Of a DNA stretch of 64,000 bases, positions 60,155-64,000 are shown piece after piece (the stretch's first letter is position 1; every line of letters starts with the position of its first letter). The notes below the pieces were generated by a model. That model saw nothing but the letters and a program-made list of their open reading frames with translations. It was not told the DNA's origin and did no database searches. Location: IMG/VR virus record IMGVR_UViG_3300002026_000045, positions 1 through 64,000 of that record, one strand, 5' to 3'. The stretch is from a virus. The position numbers and the translations under genes are program-made.

Positions 60155-60628
60155 TTATACTGTTATTTGCTTTGTAGTGCTACTCTGAATGGCAATCTTG
60201 CGGGGTTTTAATTCCTCAGGTACCACAATTTCGACACCAATAATTAGCAACCCGTTTTCAAACTTTGCATCTCGAACAACTACATGTTCCGCAAGACTTA
60301 AAGTTTTCGTAAACGATTTTGAGCTAATGCCGTGGTATAGATAATCACGCTCTGGCCTTGCCTTTTGCTCACCAGTAATCGTTAGCACATTGCTATCGAG
60401 CGAAATGGTTAACTCGTCCTCACTAAATCCAGCCGCAGCAAGCTCAATTGTATATTGCGTGTCACTGTGACGGACAATGTCGTGTGGTGGATAGTTAGTT
60501 GCGTTTGGTAAAACCGATGCAGTTCTATTTAATGTGTCAAACATTCTGTCGAACCCAATGGTCGCGCGGTTTAAATGTGCCAGCAAAGATGGGAAATCTG
60601 TGGCGGTCGTAAGATAACGTTGATTCAT
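60155..60628 (-). CDS. Small heat-shock protein (Hsp20/IbpA-like)
   Basis: IGFDRMF, NYPPHDI, IELAAAGF, YLYHGIS, NGLL, PEELKPRKI; likely start MNQRYL. Confidence 0.93.
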   Translation of the reverse strand: MNQRYLTTATDFPSLLAHLNRATIGFDRMFDTLNRTASVLPNATNYPPHDIVRHSDTQYTIELAAAGFSEDELTISLDSNVLTITGEQKARPERDYLYHGISSKSFTKTLSLAEHVVVRDAKFENGLLIIGVEIVVPEELKPRKIAIQSSTTKQITV

Positions 60629-60686
60629 AATTTTCTCCTTTAATAAGCAAGAATCATTGCAAAGCCCGATTATCGGCACCTTGCAT
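60629..60686 (-). promoter_or_regulatory. ROSE-like RNA thermometer in the hsp20 5' UTR
   Basis: 5' hairpin tgcaaggtgccgat-a-atcgggctttgca, then TCTTGCT positioned to pair with SD AGGAGA. Confidence 0.65.
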
Positions 60687-60721
60687 AGTATTTATTATAC
60701 AGAAAGGAGAATTAAAATAAA

Positions 60722-61102
60722 TTATTTTGGCTGATCTTGTTGAACAAAATAGTCAATTGGTTTTTCTAATCGTTGGTTGTTCATAAGAAAATTCTTCGGA
60801 CCGTAGTACCATGATTTTTTATGCACAGCCAATTTATCCTTAAACCCGCTTTGACCGTTTTGCACTGTATTAACAATAATCGATGTAGATATATTTGAAA
60901 CTTCTGACAACCATTCATTGTTGCCCATATCACTACGGTACAAATATACAGTGTAGATGTTTGGCGACGTCTTTAAGTAAAACGCCAAATCTTCTATTTC
61001 TGACACTTCTGGGTCAATGATTACCACAGTGTGCGCAACAGTGTTGACTAAATCTGGTGGCGTGACTATATTACTAAACTGTTCTTTAGTGTCGATATCC
61101 AT
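60722..61102 (-). CDS. Hypothetical protein
   Basis: IVTPPD motif; RBS. Confidence 0.6.
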   Translation of the reverse strand: MDIDTKEQFSNIVTPPDLVNTVAHTVVIIDPEVSEIEDLAFYLKTSPNIYTVYLYRSDMGNNEWLSEVSNISTSIIVNTVQNGQSGFKDKLAVHKKSWYYGPKNFLMNNQRLEKPIDYFVQQDQPK

Positions 61103-61116
61103 GTAAATTCCTTTAA

Positions 61117-63288
61117 TTAAGTTGATGTTTTGCGAAGATATTCAGCAATTTGCTCTTGCTCAGTAGGGTTAAGATCATCTATGTCATATTCCCCATTGCC
61201 TACTTTTTCTACTAACAACTTTATATATTCTTCGTCATACGCAAATGCGTCAGTATTGGTTTTATCAATTTCAATCCAACGTGTGCCTACCCACTTAAAC
61301 AACTTGCTTGGCAAAAAGTCTACTCGTAAAAACAAATCTCCACGAATTGGGTTAGATGGAAATTGAGTCCCAAAACTTGCATTGCCACCCATTGGGAATG
61401 TGTCTACTTTTGCAGTAAAATCTGGTAAACTTACTGTTTTTTTGCTTGGTAGTAACGGACCTGACGCAAGAACGTGTGGTGGCTGTACATGTGCAATAAC
61501 CTTTTCTTCCATTGGTTCAACTGGCTGTTCTACCACTGGCGGTGCAATTTCTACCTCATCAAATTGAGCAATAATTTCAGGTGGGGTAACTTCAACTGGT
61601 GGAAGTTCTACAACTTCTTCAATTACTTCTTCAATTATTGGCTCAACTACTGGCAAAATTTCTTCTATTTCTGCTACAGCTTGTGCTTCTTGTTTAATGA
61701 AGTATTTTGGCTTATCGTAAAAATAAACTGCCTCGAACGCTTTTTTTGCCACTTCAGGATTAGTTAATGTTCCACTCAGTGGCTGTTCTTCAATTATCAG
61801 CTCTACTACAGGTTCTACTACAGGAGCAACTTCTTCATTAACTTCAACTGGCGGGGCAATTTCGGTAATAAAATCTGAATAATCAATGTCATCGCTACTT
61901 GCTGCGAATGCTGTATCTGCTATAGTAACAGTCACAGGCATAGCATCAAGTTTAGTTTTTTCTACCGTATTTGTTAATTCTGCAATGAGAGAGGTAAGTT
62001 GTGAAATAGTATTTGACGATGTTGCTAATTTACTATCAAGTTTTGCTATCGCAGCAGACAACCCTTGCCGCTCCATTGTCGCAGTCTCTTTTGCTGACGC
62101 TAATTCTTGCTCAACTGTTGCCTTTAACGCTACTAACTCATCATACTCAGAAATAAGAACTGCCAATTCTTTAGTTAGTGTTTCATTTTCAGATAAGTGC
62201 GCGGAGCATTCTTCTTCTATTGCTGATTTTTCTTTTGACAAATCGTCAGACAATTTTAATATATCTGCAAGCACTAAATTAGCTGCCAATAACTCTTGTG
62301 TGGCTTTTTCTTTGGCAATAATTTGCTCTTGGATAATGGCGTCACGAAGTTTTTGCTCTGCCTCATTAGATTCAGCTGCAATAGCAGAGAACCTATTCCA
62401 TTCATCTAGTTTAACTTTTTCGTACTCAGCAGCACATTCTGCTTTGGTTACTTCAATAGCATTGTGCACTTTTTGTTGAATATTTATTTCAAGCTCTGCT
62501 ATATCTTCTTCTTCATCTATTCGTTTTCTATCAATTTTAGACCAGTCGATAGACGTAGTTGCAGCTAGGATAAGGACAATAGCAAGCGGGTCAAACACAA
62601 ACACAATAATAATAATGACCCATCTTACTGCGTCTTCTAACATATTTTGATCGGCGTTGTTTCCATAAATTAACGCTGCTATGTATTTTATAGGTCCAAC
62701 CTCTGCTTCAACTTTGCGATACTGACTAGCAATAGGTGCCCGTTTCTCTTGAAGGACTGCAATTTCTTTTTGTGCTAAATCTATGTCACCCTGTAACTTA
62801 GCTCGTTCCTTTTGCTGTGATCTACGAAGATTTGCTGCCTTAGTAGCTCCTGTTTCATCAGTAGTACGCGCAAGTAATTGATCCACTGCGCCATCCATCT
62901 GCACTAATGCCTTGCGGGATGCATCAATATTATCTCGTTGCGTTTTTATTTTCTCATCAAACAATGATACTTGTGCTTGAATATCACCAGTTGGGGTTGC
63001 TTGATCTAAGTGAGCTTTACTTAGGTAACCAAAAATGCCCATGCTTGTAATTAGCATTAGCACACCAACCGCAGTAACAAGGTACGCTTTTATCTTATAC
63101 GAAGCCCGATCCCAGTTATAGTGTAGCCACAATGTTGTCACTACTTTGCCTGCTTCCAATACTGCACCCATGGTGACGATTGGCCAGAAGGCACCTGCGA
63201 AAATTGCAGTTAAACCTACTATGCTGTAATACGCTGCGATGCCAGATATGCAAAGAGCAGTGAGAAGAGTTGTAAAACCTAGAAACAT
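61117..63288 (-). CDS. Membrane-anchored long coiled-coil protein
   Basis: N-terminal TM helices, coiled coil, further TM (VIIIIVFVFDPLAIVLI), Glu/Pro-rich linker, FG..FP..P..GD.FLRVD.LP tail. Confidence 0.75.
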   Translation of the reverse strand: MFLGFTTLLTALCISGIAAYYSIVGLTAIFAGAFWPIVTMGAVLEAGKVVTTLWLHYNWDRASYKIKAYLVTAVGVLMLITSMGIFGYLSKAHLDQATPTGDIQAQVSLFDEKIKTQRDNIDASRKALVQMDGAVDQLLARTTDETGATKAANLRRSQQKERAKLQGDIDLAQKEIAVLQEKRAPIASQYRKVEAEVGPIKYIAALIYGNNADQNMLEDAVRWVIIIIVFVFDPLAIVLILAATTSIDWSKIDRKRIDEEEDIAELEINIQQKVHNAIEVTKAECAAEYEKVKLDEWNRFSAIAAESNEAEQKLRDAIIQEQIIAKEKATQELLAANLVLADILKLSDDLSKEKSAIEEECSAHLSENETLTKELAVLISEYDELVALKATVEQELASAKETATMERQGLSAAIAKLDSKLATSSNTISQLTSLIAELTNTVEKTKLDAMPVTVTIADTAFAASSDDIDYSDFITEIAPPVEVNEEVAPVVEPVVELIIEEQPLSGTLTNPEVAKKAFEAVYFYDKPKYFIKQEAQAVAEIEEILPVVEPIIEEVIEEVVELPPVEVTPPEIIAQFDEVEIAPPVVEQPVEPMEEKVIAHVQPPHVLASGPLLPSKKTVSLPDFTAKVDTFPMGGNASFGTQFPSNPIRGDLFLRVDFLPSKLFKWVGTRWIEIDKTNTDAFAYDEEYIKLLVEKVGNGEYDIDDLNPTEQEQIAEYLRKTST

Positions 63289-63354
63289 TGAATATTTATC
63301 CTTGCTAACTTAACATTTTAGCAAGAGATAACTTATAAATCAAATGCAATGAGT

Positions 63355-63522
63355 TTATTTCCAAGGTCGACCTTGGATTGGTGACTTGAGCGAAGTGTCA
63401 AGAGTATGTAGTGGGCGGTAACCTGGTGTTCCTACTGCGCTTCGTTTTGTTTTAGCCAGCGCGAGTTTGGCTGCTTTACGAGCAGCCTTTGATGGTAATG
63501 TTGATATTCCGTTTTGCGACAT
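63355..63522 (-). CDS. Small basic late protein (55 aa, not in the ORF track)
   Basis: MSQNGISTLPSKAARKAAKLALA...GRPWK; GGAG RBS; late promoter at 63542-63547. Confidence 0.65.
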   Translation of the reverse strand: MSQNGISTLPSKAARKAAKLALAKTKRSAVGTPGYRPLHTLDTSLKSPIQGRPWK

Positions 63523-63584
63523 GTAGGTAATCTCCTACATGTATTTATTACTTTTTAAGTAACCACAACATTACTACAACCACG

Positions 63585-63884
63585 TTATCTTACCTTGTTA
63601 GCAAGAGTGGCATACATTAGACGCTTATCAACCTCATCAGCAAAATCTGGAAATATAGCAAACAGTTGAAATGCATCAACCTCTTTATACTTTGATTCTT
63701 TTGTGCGCTTTACCTTCATCAGTGAAAACTGGGAATCGTGCTTTTTAAAACTAATTGCTTTGCCACGTGCTCCCCAGCCAGCGTACCACGATCCGCCAGC
63801 TTTAAATGCGGCCCATACCTTATCGTGTTTGTGGCCAGCAACTTCTTCGTTGCACCACCCAATATAATCAAAATCAATGCTCAC
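63585..63884 (-). CDS. WGR-like small protein
   Basis: DKVW...WGARG...K..K..Y. Confidence 0.5.
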   Translation of the reverse strand: MSIDFDYIGWCNEEVAGHKHDKVWAAFKAGGSWYAGWGARGKAISFKKHDSQFSLMKVKRTKESKYKEVDAFQLFAIFPDFADEVDKRLMYATLANKVR

Positions 63885-64000
63885 TCTATCACCCCAATGT
63901 AAATTTCCGTAAGTATTCGCTGGCGTCTGACACGTCTAAGTCCGCATCCCAAATCTCGTTGTCTTGCGCATCCTGGATTAAAAAATCAGTGCCTGGATGC

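Noticed and set aside
60670-60694. GCCGATAA (sigma28 -10) upstream of hsp20, and GCCGATAT at 56541
   Set aside because: TAAA spacing is 13 rather than 15 at hsp20 and TAAA is absent at 56541; the hsp20 copy is explained by the leader hairpin
1-64000. Stop-codon reassignment, tRNA genes, introns or inteins
   Set aside because: Known genes (ligases, clpP, clpS) are intact in code 11 without large insertions; no tRNA-like T-loop/cloverleaf noticed by eye, although tRNAscan-SE would be needed to exclude them

Overview
This is a 64 kb segment of a large (jumbo-like) T4-superfamily-style myophage genome in the standard genetic code, with genes densely packed and mostly on the minus strand. A proteobacterial, probably betaproteobacterial, host is inferred from indirect clues. 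Layout: (i) 1-5.5 kb and 12-22 kb, baseplate, tail-fibre and adhesin genes, including a frameshifted Ig-repeat gene at the left edge; (ii) 5.6-11.9 kb, IF1, RNA ligase 1 and a split polynucleotide kinase/phosphatase; (iii) 22-31.6 kb and 51-56 kb, arrays of small early genes behind repeated near-consensus sigma70 promoters, plus an ATP-dependent DNA ligase; (iv) 31.6-38.9 kb, a late cluster of eight unrelated enzyme-like proteins (kinase, nucleotidyltransferase polyprotein, two ADP-ribosyltransferase-like proteins, cysteine hydrolase, RNase-like protein, Nudix, amidoligase) that all begin with a T4 internal-protein-like capsid-targeting leader; (v) a phage-borne flagellar module fliS-like / flagellin / flaG-like at 47.3-48.9 kb; (vi) host-like physiology genes (ClpP, ClpS, Hsp20 with a ROSE-like leader, a bL12-like domain, a phasin-like gene with a PhaR-box-like palindrome); (vii) four free-standing homing endonucleases, all on the plus strand. 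No tRNA, rRNA, CRISPR array, integrase or reverse transcriptase was seen. All family calls come from motif recognition by eye, not database searches.
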